Below are positions 18,008-28,500 of a stretch of 64,000 bases of DNA, piece after piece (position 1 is the stretch's first letter; each line of letters starts with the position of its first letter). The notes under the pieces were generated by a model, which saw only the letters and a list, made by a program, of their open reading frames with translations, had not been told where the DNA came from and searched no databases. Origin of the DNA: Candidatus Latescibacterota bacterium (GTDB lineage Bacteria > Latescibacterota > UBA2968 > UBA8231). The position numbers and the translations under genes are program-made. The DNA is taken from positions 5,248,001 through 5,312,000 of the forward strand of contig OZ252098.1 of the NCBI GenBank assembly GCA_965248355.1, written 5' to 3'.

Positions 18008-20019
18008 CGATTCGTCTCCAGTGTCACATGAAGGGCGAGCAGGTCGCAGTCGCCCGGGATATTCAGAGGGATCCGCGCCGTGCCGCCGGCGCCCGCCTCC
18101 ACGCGGCCGCTCCAGTCCTGCCCGGACCAGATCTCCCGCACCGCCCCCAGGGACTTGCCCTCCGGCGGCTCGATCACCAGCGACGTGCGGCAGCCCACCG
18201 GCGTGTAGGGGAAGAGGATGGCCAGCAGGGAGTCGTCGTTGGTCATGGGCAGCATCTCCATCGTGGGCACGGCGCGCCCGTCGGCGGGCCTCAGGGTGCG
18301 GTAGTCGTCCTCCGGCGGGAAGGGGTCCAGCCGCGTCAGGGGCCGGCGCCCCGAGGTCCACAGGATCAGCCGGCGCAGCAGTTCCACGTTGCTGGTCTCC
18401 TCCACGAGGGAGCTGGCGGGGATCCTCCCGGTCCAGGTGACCGCCGGCATGCCGGCGAGCCAGGCCTCCCGGCGGCCGCCCTCCTCCACCAGGACCAGCG
18501 CCGGACGGCCTTCGACCGTGCCGAGGACCTCGCCCTCCGGACCCGCGTCCACCCGCGTGGCGAGGATCACCGGGTCGTCCAGGCCATCGGTCAGCGGGTG
18601 ATCACCCAGCAGCTCCATCTCGAAGGCGCCGGAGTGGATCTCCTGCGGCAGCGGGCAGGGGCCGCGACCCTCCCACGGGCCGGCCGGCCGGTTGCCGATC
18701 CACAGCAGGCCTTCGCCCCCTTCGGCGAGAGCGTCGATGCGGTCGATCTGGCCGGCCGTGAGGCAGTGCGTCTCGGGCAGGATCAGCGGGCCCCGCAGGT
18801 GGTGGCCGGCGTCGTCGAGGCGCTCGTCCCAGAACCAGCCCCAGGGCAGGCCCGTGCGATAGAGCATGTCCACCATGCCGATGAGGGGGCCGTGCCCCCA
18901 GGCCGAGTCGTGATGGCCGTAGATCTCGGACTGCTGGGGCATGAGCATGGTGGCGAAGGCGTAGGGCCGGTGGGAGGCGAAGGCCGGCATCAGCCGCCGC
19001 GCTTCGTCGAAGGCCTCGAAGAACCCGGGGATGATCTTCATCTGCTCGTAGGTGTAGGGCATGACCAGGTCGGCGCCCAGGGCGAAGGGCACGACCGCGG
19101 CCAGCAGCCCGTCCTGCCGGCCCATGGGCACGGCCCGGGCCGGCGGCATGAAGCCCTGGGGATAGATGTCGACCTGCCGGTCCAGGCAGGCGCCCACCAG
19201 GCTGCGCGTCGTCTCCGAGAGGATGCGGCGGTGCGGCCGGTGCAGGATGAGATGGTGGTGGTTGAAGTGGTAGGGGTCGGTGGCGATGACGTCGTGGGCG
19301 AGGGCGTCGAGGCCCAGGCGGATGCCGGTCTGCCAGGCGTTGTAGTTGCGCTCGGGGACGACGGGGCTGTGCTGGATGCCCACGGTCACGTCGGGCCGGA
19401 CCTCCTTGATGGCGGCGCGCAGCTCCGAATGCACGGCCTGCCAGTTGTCGAACCGGGCCTCGAGCCACGCGTACCACAGGGGGTCGTCCCAATCGCGCGC
19501 AATGGGCGGATCCTGGCCCGTGCTGTTGCGGAACTCCGACCGGCAGAAGTCGCAGTAGCAGCCGATGCTGCCGTCCCCGAAGCCGAGGGAGGCCTCGTCG
19601 TTGAGGTGGATCTCCACCACCGCCGGCCACCGGCAGACCTCCATGAGCAGGGACAGGTACCAGTCCTTGTTCTCCGGCCGGAAGGGGCACAGCCACCGCA
19701 CCCGCAGCCCGTCGAGGTCCTGCACCGCGCCGTCGCCGGCCAGGTGCATGAGCCGGTGGGGCTCCTGCGCCAGCAGGGTTTCCTGGTACTTCATGTAACC
19801 GGTGAAGGCGATGAGGCCCAGGCCGCGGTCCCCGCACTGGCGGGCCAGCCACTCGCCCTGCTCCAGGGAGAAGCCGTGGTACTGCTTGGGCAGCACCACC
19901 AGGCCGGCGCCCACGTCGGAGAACTCCTCGCCCACGATCTGGTCGAGTGTCTCCTCGTTGAGCGACACCCTCGGAAAGCTGAGCAGCGCCGCGCGCCGGA
20001 GTGTCCTCTGCCCGGCCAT
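18004..20019 (-). CDS. Putative glycoside hydrolase (GH42-like TIM barrel plus trimerization-like domain)
   Basis: LCPFRPE, HLNDEA, GCYCDFC metal motif, ATDPY. Confidence 0.6.
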   Translation of the reverse strand: MAGQRTLRRAALLSFPRVSLNEETLDQIVGEEFSDVGAGLVVLPKQYHGFSLEQGEWLARQCGDRGLGLIAFTGYMKYQETLLAQEPHRLMHLAGDGAVQDLDGLRVRWLCPFRPENKDWYLSLLMEVCRWPAVVEIHLNDEASLGFGDGSIGCYCDFCRSEFRNSTGQDPPIARDWDDPLWYAWLEARFDNWQAVHSELRAAIKEVRPDVTVGIQHSPVVPERNYNAWQTGIRLGLDALAHDVIATDPYHFNHHHLILHRPHRRILSETTRSLVGACLDRQVDIYPQGFMPPARAVPMGRQDGLLAAVVPFALGADLVMPYTYEQMKIIPGFFEAFDEARRLMPAFASHRPYAFATMLMPQQSEIYGHHDSAWGHGPLIGMVDMLYRTGLPWGWFWDERLDDAGHHLRGPLILPETHCLTAGQIDRIDALAEGGEGLLWIGNRPAGPWEGRGPCPLPQEIHSGAFEMELLGDHPLTDGLDDPVILATRVDAGPEGEVLGTVEGRPALVLVEEGGRREAWLAGMPAVTWTGRIPASSLVEETSNVELLRRLILWTSGRRPLTRLDPFPPEDDYRTLRPADGRAVPTMEMLPMTNDDSLLAILFPYTPVGCRTSLVIEPPEGKSLGAVREIWSGQDWSGRVEAGAGGTARIPLNIPGDCDLLALHVTLETNR

Positions 20020-20021
20020 GG

Positions 20022-21359
20022 CTACATGACCTCCCTTTCCGCGGCGGCGAGGGACGCCTCGGCGATGTCGAGGAGCGTGTCCAGCTCGGGCCGGGTGATG
20101 GTCAGGGGAGGGTAGAAGCGGAGGTCGTCGCCGTTGACGCCGTCGGCGCAGCCGGAGGTGGAGGCGGCGTTGAGGCCGCGCTCCCGCATGTGACCGGCCA
20201 CCCGGCGGCCGAAGCCGACGCCGGCGGGGAAGGGCTGGCGGCGCTCCCGGTCGCGCACCAGCTCGATGCCCAGGATCAGGCCGAAGGTGCGCACCTCCCC
20301 GACGCTGGGGTGGCCGCGGAAGCGCCGGGCCTCCGCCGCCAGGTGCGCGGCCATCCCGGTGACGTGGCCGAGGATGTCCTCGCGCTCGATGATGTCGAGG
20401 ACCTCCAGCCCCACGCGCATGGCCACGGGGTTGTTGACGTAGGTGAAGATGTGATGGAACTCCTGCCCGGCGTCGGCGAAGGCGCCGGCCACGGCCTGCC
20501 GCATGAGCACCCCCCCGAGAGGGATGTAGCCGCTGCTGGCGCCCTTGCCGAAGACGATCATGTCGGGCTGCACGTCCCAGTGCTCCATGGCGAAGAGGCG
20601 GCCGCTGCGGCCGAAGCCGGTGACGATCTCGTCGGCGATGAAGAGCACGTCGTGGCGGTCGCAGATCTCGCGCACCCGGGCGAAGTAGCCCTCGGGCGGC
20701 ACGCCGCAGACGAAGGCGGCGATGGGCACGGGCTCGCAGACGAAGGCGGCCACGTTTTCGGAGCCGCGGCGCCGGATCGTCGCATCGAGGTCGTCGGCGC
20801 AGGTGAGGTTGCAGGCGCCGTTGCAGCCCTCGAAGCGGCAGCGGTAGGGATAGCAGGGGGCGATGTGGGGGAAGTCGGCCAGCCACGGGGCGAAGGGGGC
20901 CCGCGGTCCCGGCACGCCGCTGAGGGACATGGCCCCCAGGGTGCCGCCGTGGTAGCCGCCCCGGCGGGAGATCACCAGCTGCTTGCCCTCGTTGCCCCGC
21001 AGCAGGTGGTACTGGCGGGCGATCTTCAGGGCCGACTCGATCGCCTCGGAGCCGCCGGAGACGAAGTAGACCTTGTCCAGGTCGCCCGGGGCCAGTGTCG
21101 TCAGCCTCTCCGCCAGGTCGCGGGCCGGCTTGTTCTCGAAGTGGACGGAGAAGGCGTAGGCCAGGGTCGCGGCCTGCTCGCCCATGACGCCGGCGATGTC
21201 GCGCCGCCCGTGGCCCAGGGTCACGTTGCTGGCGCCGGCGGTGCCGTCGATGTAGCGCCGCCCCTCGTCGTCGTAGAGATGGATGCCCTCGCCGCGGACG
21301 ATGGTGGGGTAGCCGCCGGCCGGGTTCTTGAGAAAGAGGGCGTTCTCCTTCGTCGCCAT
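20022..21359 (-). CDS. Class III PLP aminotransferase
   Basis: SGGSEAIESALK, YHGGTLGA, FIADEIVTGFGRSG, FGKGASSGY. Confidence 0.93.
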   Translation of the reverse strand: MATKENALFLKNPAGGYPTIVRGEGIHLYDDEGRRYIDGTAGASNVTLGHGRRDIAGVMGEQAATLAYAFSVHFENKPARDLAERLTTLAPGDLDKVYFVSGGSEAIESALKIARQYHLLRGNEGKQLVISRRGGYHGGTLGAMSLSGVPGPRAPFAPWLADFPHIAPCYPYRCRFEGCNGACNLTCADDLDATIRRRGSENVAAFVCEPVPIAAFVCGVPPEGYFARVREICDRHDVLFIADEIVTGFGRSGRLFAMEHWDVQPDMIVFGKGASSGYIPLGGVLMRQAVAGAFADAGQEFHHIFTYVNNPVAMRVGLEVLDIIEREDILGHVTGMAAHLAAEARRFRGHPSVGEVRTFGLILGIELVRDRERRQPFPAGVGFGRRVAGHMRERGLNAASTSGCADGVNGDDLRFYPPLTITRPELDTLLDIAEASLAAAEREVM

Positions 21360-21370
21360 GACAGCCGCTT

Positions 21371-22207
21371 TCAACCGATGCGCGCCAGGGTCCGGCGCAG
21401 GAACCTCAAGGAAGCGGGCACCTGCTCCTCGTCGAGGCTGTGGAGGATGAGGGCGCCGTCGAAGCCGGCCTCGCGCAGCCGGCGCAGGTAGCGCTCGTAG
21501 TCCAGCAGCCCCGTGCCCGCCGCCACGTGGCCGGCCTCGCCGTCGCGCACCAGGTCCTTGGCGTGGGCCATCTCGATATCGGGGCCGAGCAGGTCGAAGG
21601 CCTCGTCCAGGATCTCGGCCATGCGCGGCAGGTCCCCGGCCCCGAAGAGGTTGGCGCCGTCGATCACGACCTTGAGGAAGGGGGACCCGAAGTGGTCGAG
21701 CAGCCGCCGGGCCTTCTTCGCCGAATCGACGACGTTGGAGACCTCGGGCTCGAAGACCAGGGGCACGCCGTGAGCGGCGGCGATCTCGACGGCCTCGGAC
21801 ATGGCCTCGAGCATGTCGGCCCAGGCCGCGGGGGAGCCGTTGTCGGGATGCGACCCCCACATGTAGTCGGCGTTGCGGGTGCCGGTGGAGAACGTGATCC
21901 GCGGCGCCCCCATGAGCGGACAGGCGGCGGCCAGCTGGCGGAGGCTGCGGAAGTTGCGGGCGCGCTCCTCGAGATCGGGGTGGATGATGTTGAAGGTGCC
22001 GGAGACCGCGTCCAGGGTCAGCCCCCGAGCCGCCGCCTGGTCGCGGACCCGGCGGCACAGGTCGGGCTCGAGGCGGTCGGGCATCGGCGGCAGGCCGAGG
22101 GACTCGAGATTGAGCTGGAGGGCTTGCAGGCCGTGGCCGGCGGCGGCGTCGAGGACCTCTTCGAAGGAGGAGCGGTCGAAGATCCGGGTGAAGCCGCCGA
22201 TGCGCAT
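21371..22207 (-). CDS. Sugar phosphate isomerase/epimerase
   Basis: FEPEVSNVV, DGAN, AHAKD, GTGLLDY. Confidence 0.88.
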   Translation of the reverse strand: MRIGGFTRIFDRSSFEEVLDAAAGHGLQALQLNLESLGLPPMPDRLEPDLCRRVRDQAAARGLTLDAVSGTFNIIHPDLEERARNFRSLRQLAAACPLMGAPRITFSTGTRNADYMWGSHPDNGSPAAWADMLEAMSEAVEIAAAHGVPLVFEPEVSNVVDSAKKARRLLDHFGSPFLKVVIDGANLFGAGDLPRMAEILDEAFDLLGPDIEMAHAKDLVRDGEAGHVAAGTGLLDYERYLRRLREAGFDGALILHSLDEEQVPASLRFLRRTLARIG

Positions 22208-22364
22208 TCGGGGTCCGTCGTGGTGGGCGCGGGCCTGAGGTTTGCCGCCGCCGCCTCCTTCGCTATGCTAGGTTGAAGAAGCGGCTGAACGAGCCGCCAT
22301 AGTAGCGCCCCCGTACAACACGAGCAACGGACTCCGGCATGGAAGGCGAGACCCGCCGTCCCGC

Positions 22365-23324
22365 ATGAATGGCAAGGACGCCTACCGTTCCCTCATGCAG
22401 GAGAGCGGAGTCCACCTGCCCCTGTTCTGCCGGGACTGGTGGCTCGACGCCGTCTGCGGCCCCGGCGGCTGGGACGCGGCCGTCGTCGAGCAGGGCGGAG
22501 AGGTGGCCGCGGCCATGCCCTTCTACGTGCGCCGGCGCCTGGGGCTGACCCTGCTCGTGCAGCCGCCGCTGACGCAGACCCTCGGCCCCTGGGTGCGGGA
22601 GACGGGCGCCGGCCCAACGGGGACCCTGGAGCGCCAGAAGCGGGTCATGTCGAGCCTCATCGACCAGCTGCCCCCCTTCGCCCACTTCGAGCAGGCCTGG
22701 AACCACCGCGTCACCAACTGGCTCCCCTTCTTCTGGAGGGGGTTCTCGCAGACGACCCGCTATACCTACGTCCTGCCCGATCTTGGCGACGAGGGGGCTC
22801 TGTGGGCCAACCTGCGGGAGAACATCCGCCGCGAGATCCGCAAGGCCGAGGGCCGCCACGCCCTGACCGTGCGCAGCGCCGACTCGCCCGCGGAGCTGCA
22901 AGACCTCAACCGCAAGACCTTCGAGAGACAGGGCCGGGCCGTGCCCTATGCCCCCGAGATCGTCGAGCGCATCGACCGCGCCTGCGAGTCCCGCGGCTGC
23001 CGCCGCATCTGGATCGCCGAGGACGGCGAGGGGCGGCCCCACGCCGGCGCCTACGTCGTCTGGGACGAGGACAGCGCCTACTATCTGATCGGGGGAGGCG
23101 ATCCCGAGCTGCGCCGCAGCGGGGCCACCAGTCTCTGCCTGTGGCACGCCATCCGCCACGCGGCGACGGTGACCCGCGGCTTCGACTTCGAGGGTTCCAT
23201 GCTCGAGCCGGTCGAGCGGTTCTTCCGCGCCTTCGGCGCGCGCCAGGTCCCCTATCACCTGGTGAGCAAGACGCCGTCGCGCCTGTGGCGGCTGCGCCGC
23301 TTCATGCAGAGACCGGCCGGCTGA
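22365..23324 (+). CDS. GNAT/FemAB-like acyltransferase
   Basis: PLFCRDWWLDAVC, NIRREIRKAE, AYYLIGG, FDFEGSM. Confidence 0.85.
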   Translation: MNGKDAYRSLMQESGVHLPLFCRDWWLDAVCGPGGWDAAVVEQGGEVAAAMPFYVRRRLGLTLLVQPPLTQTLGPWVRETGAGPTGTLERQKRVMSSLIDQLPPFAHFEQAWNHRVTNWLPFFWRGFSQTTRYTYVLPDLGDEGALWANLRENIRREIRKAEGRHALTVRSADSPAELQDLNRKTFERQGRAVPYAPEIVERIDRACESRGCRRIWIAEDGEGRPHAGAYVVWDEDSAYYLIGGGDPELRRSGATSLCLWHAIRHAATVTRGFDFEGSMLEPVERFFRAFGARQVPYHLVSKTPSRLWRLRRFMQRPAG

Positions 23325-23348
23325 CCGCCGGGCAGAAAGGAGAGACGG

Positions 23349-24479
23349 GTGGACGTTCTCGTCATGGGAGGCACCGGGTACTTCGGACTGGCCGCCGTCG
23401 AGCAGATGCTCGAGGCCGGGCATCGCGTGTCGATCTTCAGCCGGGGCAACTCGCGCCCCTGGTTCTGGGACGACATCGAGCACATCGAGGGCGACCGCCA
23501 GGACGCCGACGGCCTGGCCGGGAGCCTGGCGGGACGGAGCTTCGACGGCGTCATCGACAACCAGTGCTTCAACCGCGAGGAGGCCGAGGGCGCCATCCGC
23601 GCCCTGCGGGGCCGCGTCGGACGCTATGTCGTGGCCAGCACCGTCTCGGTCTACGGCGAGGCCGGCCACTGCGACCGCCGGTCCACGGGGACCGAGCCCC
23701 TCACCGACGAGGAGCGCTTCGCCGTCGACTACCGTCCCCTCGAGCCGGTGCGCGAGGTCGATCCGGACGTGGCCGGCCAGTCCTGGGAGTACCGCCGGAA
23801 CCTCTCCGAGTACGGCGAGGGCAAGCGCATGATGGAGCGGGTCATGCTCGAATCGCCCGCCGACTGGCCCTGGATCGTGGTACGCGTGCCCGCCACCCTG
23901 GGCCCGGGGGATCCCTCCGGGCGGTTCGCCTGGTGGCTGACCCGGATCCTCGACGGCGGGCCGATCCTGCTGCCCGACGGCGGCGTCCACGCCGTGCAGG
24001 TGGGCTTCTCCGAGGACCTGGCCCGCTTCCTGGTGCGGCTGCTCGAGGTCGGTCCGCGGCGCCGGGTCTACAACTACGCTCAGGCGGAGATGCCGGCCCT
24101 GGTCAACTGGCTGCGGGTCATGGCCGCGGCCGCGGACCGGCCCCTGCGGACGGTGGCCGTCCCTTCCGAGGTCCTGGAGCGCCACTCGCGTCTGCCCTGG
24201 CGGGAGTGGTCCTTCGCCCCCTTCAGCTCCTGCCCCCTGCTGATGAGCCTCGACAGGGCCCAGGTCGACGTGGGCCTGGACTTCCGCGCCTCGGGCGTCC
24301 GGTGGACGCGCAAGACCGTCGACTGGTACGCCGCCGATCCCGGACGCCTGTCCACGGCCAGGCACGGGGAGGAGCGGACCACCGAGATCGAGTTCGCCGG
24401 CCGCTGGTCCCGGACCCTGGAGGATCTCGGCCGACAGCTGAACGTCCAAGGCGTGGCGGCGCCCCCGGCCGCGACCTGA
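23349..24479 (+). CDS. NAD-dependent epimerase/dehydratase
   Basis: GGTGYFG Rossmann motif, STVSVYG, YGEGK. Confidence 0.88.
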   Translation: MDVLVMGGTGYFGLAAVEQMLEAGHRVSIFSRGNSRPWFWDDIEHIEGDRQDADGLAGSLAGRSFDGVIDNQCFNREEAEGAIRALRGRVGRYVVASTVSVYGEAGHCDRRSTGTEPLTDEERFAVDYRPLEPVREVDPDVAGQSWEYRRNLSEYGEGKRMMERVMLESPADWPWIVVRVPATLGPGDPSGRFAWWLTRILDGGPILLPDGGVHAVQVGFSEDLARFLVRLLEVGPRRRVYNYAQAEMPALVNWLRVMAAAADRPLRTVAVPSEVLERHSRLPWREWSFAPFSSCPLLMSLDRAQVDVGLDFRASGVRWTRKTVDWYAADPGRLSTARHGEERTTEIEFAGRWSRTLEDLGRQLNVQGVAAPPAAT

Positions 24480-24619
24480 CGCCCAGGAGTGGCGCGCCCC
24501 GGGGCCGGCGGCGTCCCGTCCCCAGCGGGGGCTCTTCCGGCTCACGCCCGGGCGGCGGGACCTTTCCCCTTGTGCGAGTCCGGGTTTCGGGGGTTCCTTG
24601 GCCCACCCGGAATACTGGC

Positions 24620-25510
24620 ATGAGAATCGAGATACAGGGGCTGACCAAGCGCTACCGCGGCGGCTTCCACGCCCTGAGGGACGTGGACCTGGAGATCGGC
24701 AGCGGCATGTTCGGCCTCCTCGGGCCCAACGGCGCCGGCAAGACCACCCTCATCCGCATCCTCGTCACCCTGCTCAAGGCGACCTCCGGCCGCGTCCTGG
24801 TGGACGGCATGGACATCGACCGCCACCGGGGGCAGGTGCGGCGCCTGGTCAGCTACCTGCCCCAGGAGTTCAGCCGCTTTCCGCGGCTGGCGGCGTGGGA
24901 GGTCCTCGACTACCAGGCCTGCCTGCGGGGGCTGGGCCGCCGGGAGCGGGCCGAGCGCATAGACCGGCTCCTGGAGCTGGTGGGCCTCTTCGAGGTGCGC
25001 GACCGCCAGGCGGGCAAGCTCTCGGGCGGCATGAAGCGCCGTCTGGGCATCGCCCAGACCCTGATCGGCGATCCCTCGATCCTGGTGGTGGACGAGCCCA
25101 CGGTGGGGCTCGATCCCCAGGAGCGGCTGCGCTTCCGCAACCTGCTGGCCGACCTCGCCAAGGGGGACATCGTCATCCTCCTCTCCACCCACATCGTGGG
25201 GGACATCTCCTCCACCTGCACCGACATGGCGCTGTTGAACCGGGGCCGCGTCGCCTGGCGGGGCCCGCCGGCGGGACTGATCGAATCGGCCCGGGGCCGG
25301 GTGTGGAAGGTGGCGGCCACCCACGCCGAGCTGGACGGGCTGAAGGAGCGCTTCGCCGTCGTCTCCACGGTACCGTCGGTGGAGGGATACGAGGTCCGCC
25401 TGGTGGCCGACGAGCCGCCGGCGGCCTCGGCGGCGGCGGCGGCCCCCGGCCTGGAGGACGCCTACCTCCATCACCTGCAGTCCATCGAGCGCGACGGCCG
25501 GGGACCATGA
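24620..25510 (+). CDS. ABC transporter ATP-binding protein
   Basis: GPNGAGKT, LSGGM, VVDEPT, STH. Confidence 0.95.
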   Translation: MRIEIQGLTKRYRGGFHALRDVDLEIGSGMFGLLGPNGAGKTTLIRILVTLLKATSGRVLVDGMDIDRHRGQVRRLVSYLPQEFSRFPRLAAWEVLDYQACLRGLGRRERAERIDRLLELVGLFEVRDRQAGKLSGGMKRRLGIAQTLIGDPSILVVDEPTVGLDPQERLRFRNLLADLAKGDIVILLSTHIVGDISSTCTDMALLNRGRVAWRGPPAGLIESARGRVWKVAATHAELDGLKERFAVVSTVPSVEGYEVRLVADEPPAASAAAAAPGLEDAYLHHLQSIERDGRGP

Positions 25511-28500
25511 CCCTGTCCGGCCGATGGTGGACGGTGGCCCGCTACGAGTGCCGGCTGCTGTGGCGGTCCTGGGCCTTCCGCCTGTCGGCCCTGGCCGCGG
25601 TCGGGTTCCTGCTGCTCCTCCAGATCGTCTTCACCGCCCCTTTCAGCGGCGCCCCCTTCTCCTTCCGCTCCTTCTCCGGGGCCCTGCCCCTCACCGCCGT
25701 CCGCCTCCTCAACCTCTACCTCGGACTGGTGACGGCCCTGCTGGCCACCGAGTTCGTCAAGCGCGACCGCCAGCTCGACAGCTCCGAGGCGGTGCTCGCC
25801 AACTCCTTCACCAACCCCGGGTACGTGGCCGGCAAGATGCTGGGGATCGGCCTGGCCGTGGGCGGGCTGGTGGCGGCGGCCCTGGCGGTGGTGGCCGTGA
25901 ACCACCGGTTCTTCACCGACGCGCCCTTCGCCTGGCAGCCGTACCTGCTGCTGCCCCTGCTGGGCACCCTGCCGACCCTGGCCCTCACCAGCGGCCTGGC
26001 GTGCCTGCTGATCACCCTGCTGCGCAGCCAGGCGGTGGTGCTCATGCTGATGCTGGGCCTGTGGGCGGCGGCCGTCTTCGGGGGCCAGGGGCAGTTCCAG
26101 CTCTTCGACATCTTCGCGTTCTGGATCCCCATGGCCTGGTCGGACTTCGTCGGCTTCGGGAATGAGGAGCAGCTCGTGCGCGTGCGCGGCGCCCACCTGC
26201 TCGCGGGCCTGGGATGCATGGCGGCGGCGGCCCTGCTCATGGGCCGGCTGCGCCAGTCGCTGGCGGCCAACGCGGCGGCGGCGGTCCTGGCCGTGGCCTG
26301 CCTCGGGGGGGCCGTCTGGATGGGGCACACGTACCTGGAGGACCGCCTCGCCGGCCGCGAGCGCCGCGAGCACCTGGTCTCCCTGAGCCGCGCCGCGGCC
26401 ACGGCGCCGGCGGCCTCGGCCACCGCCTGCGAGATCGAGGTCGAGCACCGGGGCCGCGAGCTGGCCGTCACCGGCGTGGTCGACCTCCTCAACCCCCACG
26501 CCGAGCCCCTCGACTCGCTGCTGTTCACGCTCAATCCGGGGCTGCGGGTGGCGGCGGTCACCGTCGACGGTGTGGAGGTCCCCTTCCGGCGCGACGGCCA
26601 CCTGCTGCGGGTCGCCCCCGCCGCGCCCCTGGCTCCCGGCGACAGCGCCCGGGTGCGCATCGACTACCGCGGCGCCCCCGACGACGGCGCCGCCTACCTC
26701 GACGTGGACCGCGAGCGCTTGGAGGCCGGGTTCAGCTACTGGGTGATCGGCGTGCCCAAGGCCTACAGCTTCGTCACCCCCGGTTTCCTGCACCTGACGC
26801 CGGAGGCCGCCTGGTACCCCGTGAGCGGACTGCCGCCGGGGGCCGCCTTCCCGGCCGCCGGCCGGCGCGACTACCCCCGCTTCCGGCTGTCCGTGGAGGT
26901 GCCCCGCGGCTGGACGGCCTTCTCCCAGGGGCGGACCCAGGTGGACACCACCGAGGCCGGCCTGCGCTTCCGCTTCGAGAGCGGGCCCCTGCCGGGGATC
27001 TCGCTCACGGCGGGCGAGTACGAACGCCGGCAGGTCGAGGTGGACGGGGTCGCCTACAGCCTCGGCGTCCGGCCGGGGCACGCCTACTTCGACGCCCACC
27101 TGGATTCCCTCGGCGAGGCCCTGCCGGGGCTGATCCGGCGGCTGCGCGCCGACTACGAGGCGGCCCTGGGCCTCGAGTATCCGTACCCGCGCCTGTCGCT
27201 GGTGGAGGTGCCCCTGCAGGCCTGGTCCTACCGCCGGCTGTGGACCCTGGCCCAGGAGTCGGTGCAGCCGGAGATCGTCTTCCTGCCGGAGATGGGCACC
27301 CTCTGCGATGCCAGCGACTTCCGCCGGCTGAAACGGCGCTCGCGGCGCAGCCAGGAGCGGGCCAACCAGGCGGAGAGCGCCGAGGACCTGCAGTCCGGGT
27401 ACCTGCGCACCTTCTTCGAGGTCGACCTGATGGGCACGCGGTCCCTCGGGTGGTCGCCCCTGGGCAGCCCGGAGCTGCGAAGGCGTTACCACCTGCTGCC
27501 CAACTTCGTCTCCTTCGGCACCCACCTGTCGTCGCCCCGGTGGCCGGTGCTCAACGCCGCCTTCGAGACCTGGTTCGAGCTGGGTCTGGCGCCGGCGGGG
27601 AACCCCTGGTCCCGGCGATGGAGCGGGCTCACGGCAGCGGAGCGGGCCAACCTCACCCTGCAGGAGCACGGTCTGCGGGAGCTGCTGGCCTCCCCGGAAG
27701 AGGCCGGGGAGGAGGGCCTCGAGGCGGCGGTCCGGGCCAAGGCCCGGCAGCTGCTCCTGGGCTTCGCCGCCGCCGCCGGTCCCGAACGGTTCGACCGGGA
27801 GATGACCGCCTTCCTGCGGCGGCACCGCGGCCGGCCGGCGTCGGAGGCCGACCTGCTGGAGATGCTGGAAGGGCTCGGGGTGGAGGGGGTGGAGGCGCGG
27901 CTGGAGGCCTGGTTCGGCGGCACCGAGCTGCCCGGGTACGAGATCGAGGGCGCCGACGCCTGGCTGGTGCGCCAGGGGGAGCGGACGCGGACCCAGGTCG
28001 AGCTGACCATCTCCAACCCCACGGCGGTGGACGGCGTCGTCGAGGTGGGCCTCCGCTTCCGCGGGACCGAGCAGGAGGCCTGGTTCGACCGCGGCGCCGG
28101 CTCCGACCACCGGCGCATGGTGGCGTTGCCGGCGGCCTCGAGCAAGCGCGTCGGCCTCGTCGTCGACACCCCGGTGGCGGAGATGGTGGTCGACACCTAC
28201 GTCTCCCGGAACCTGCCGGCCCACATCCAGGTGCCCCTGCCGGAGGCCCGGCTGCGCCGCGGCGCCGAGCCCTTCGACGGCGAGCGCCTGGAGGCCCTGG
28301 CCGGGGACGGGGCGGAGGGCGAGTACGTCGTCGACAACGAGGACCCCGGCTTCGAGGTCATGGAGGCGGAGCGGCCCAACTGGCTGCGCCGGCAGATCGC
28401 CGACCTCTTCGACCTGGAGGCCGACGCCGTGCCGTACGTGGGCTTTCATTTCTGGAGCCCGCCGCGCACGTGGGAGGCGGCCACGGCCCCCGGGTTCTAC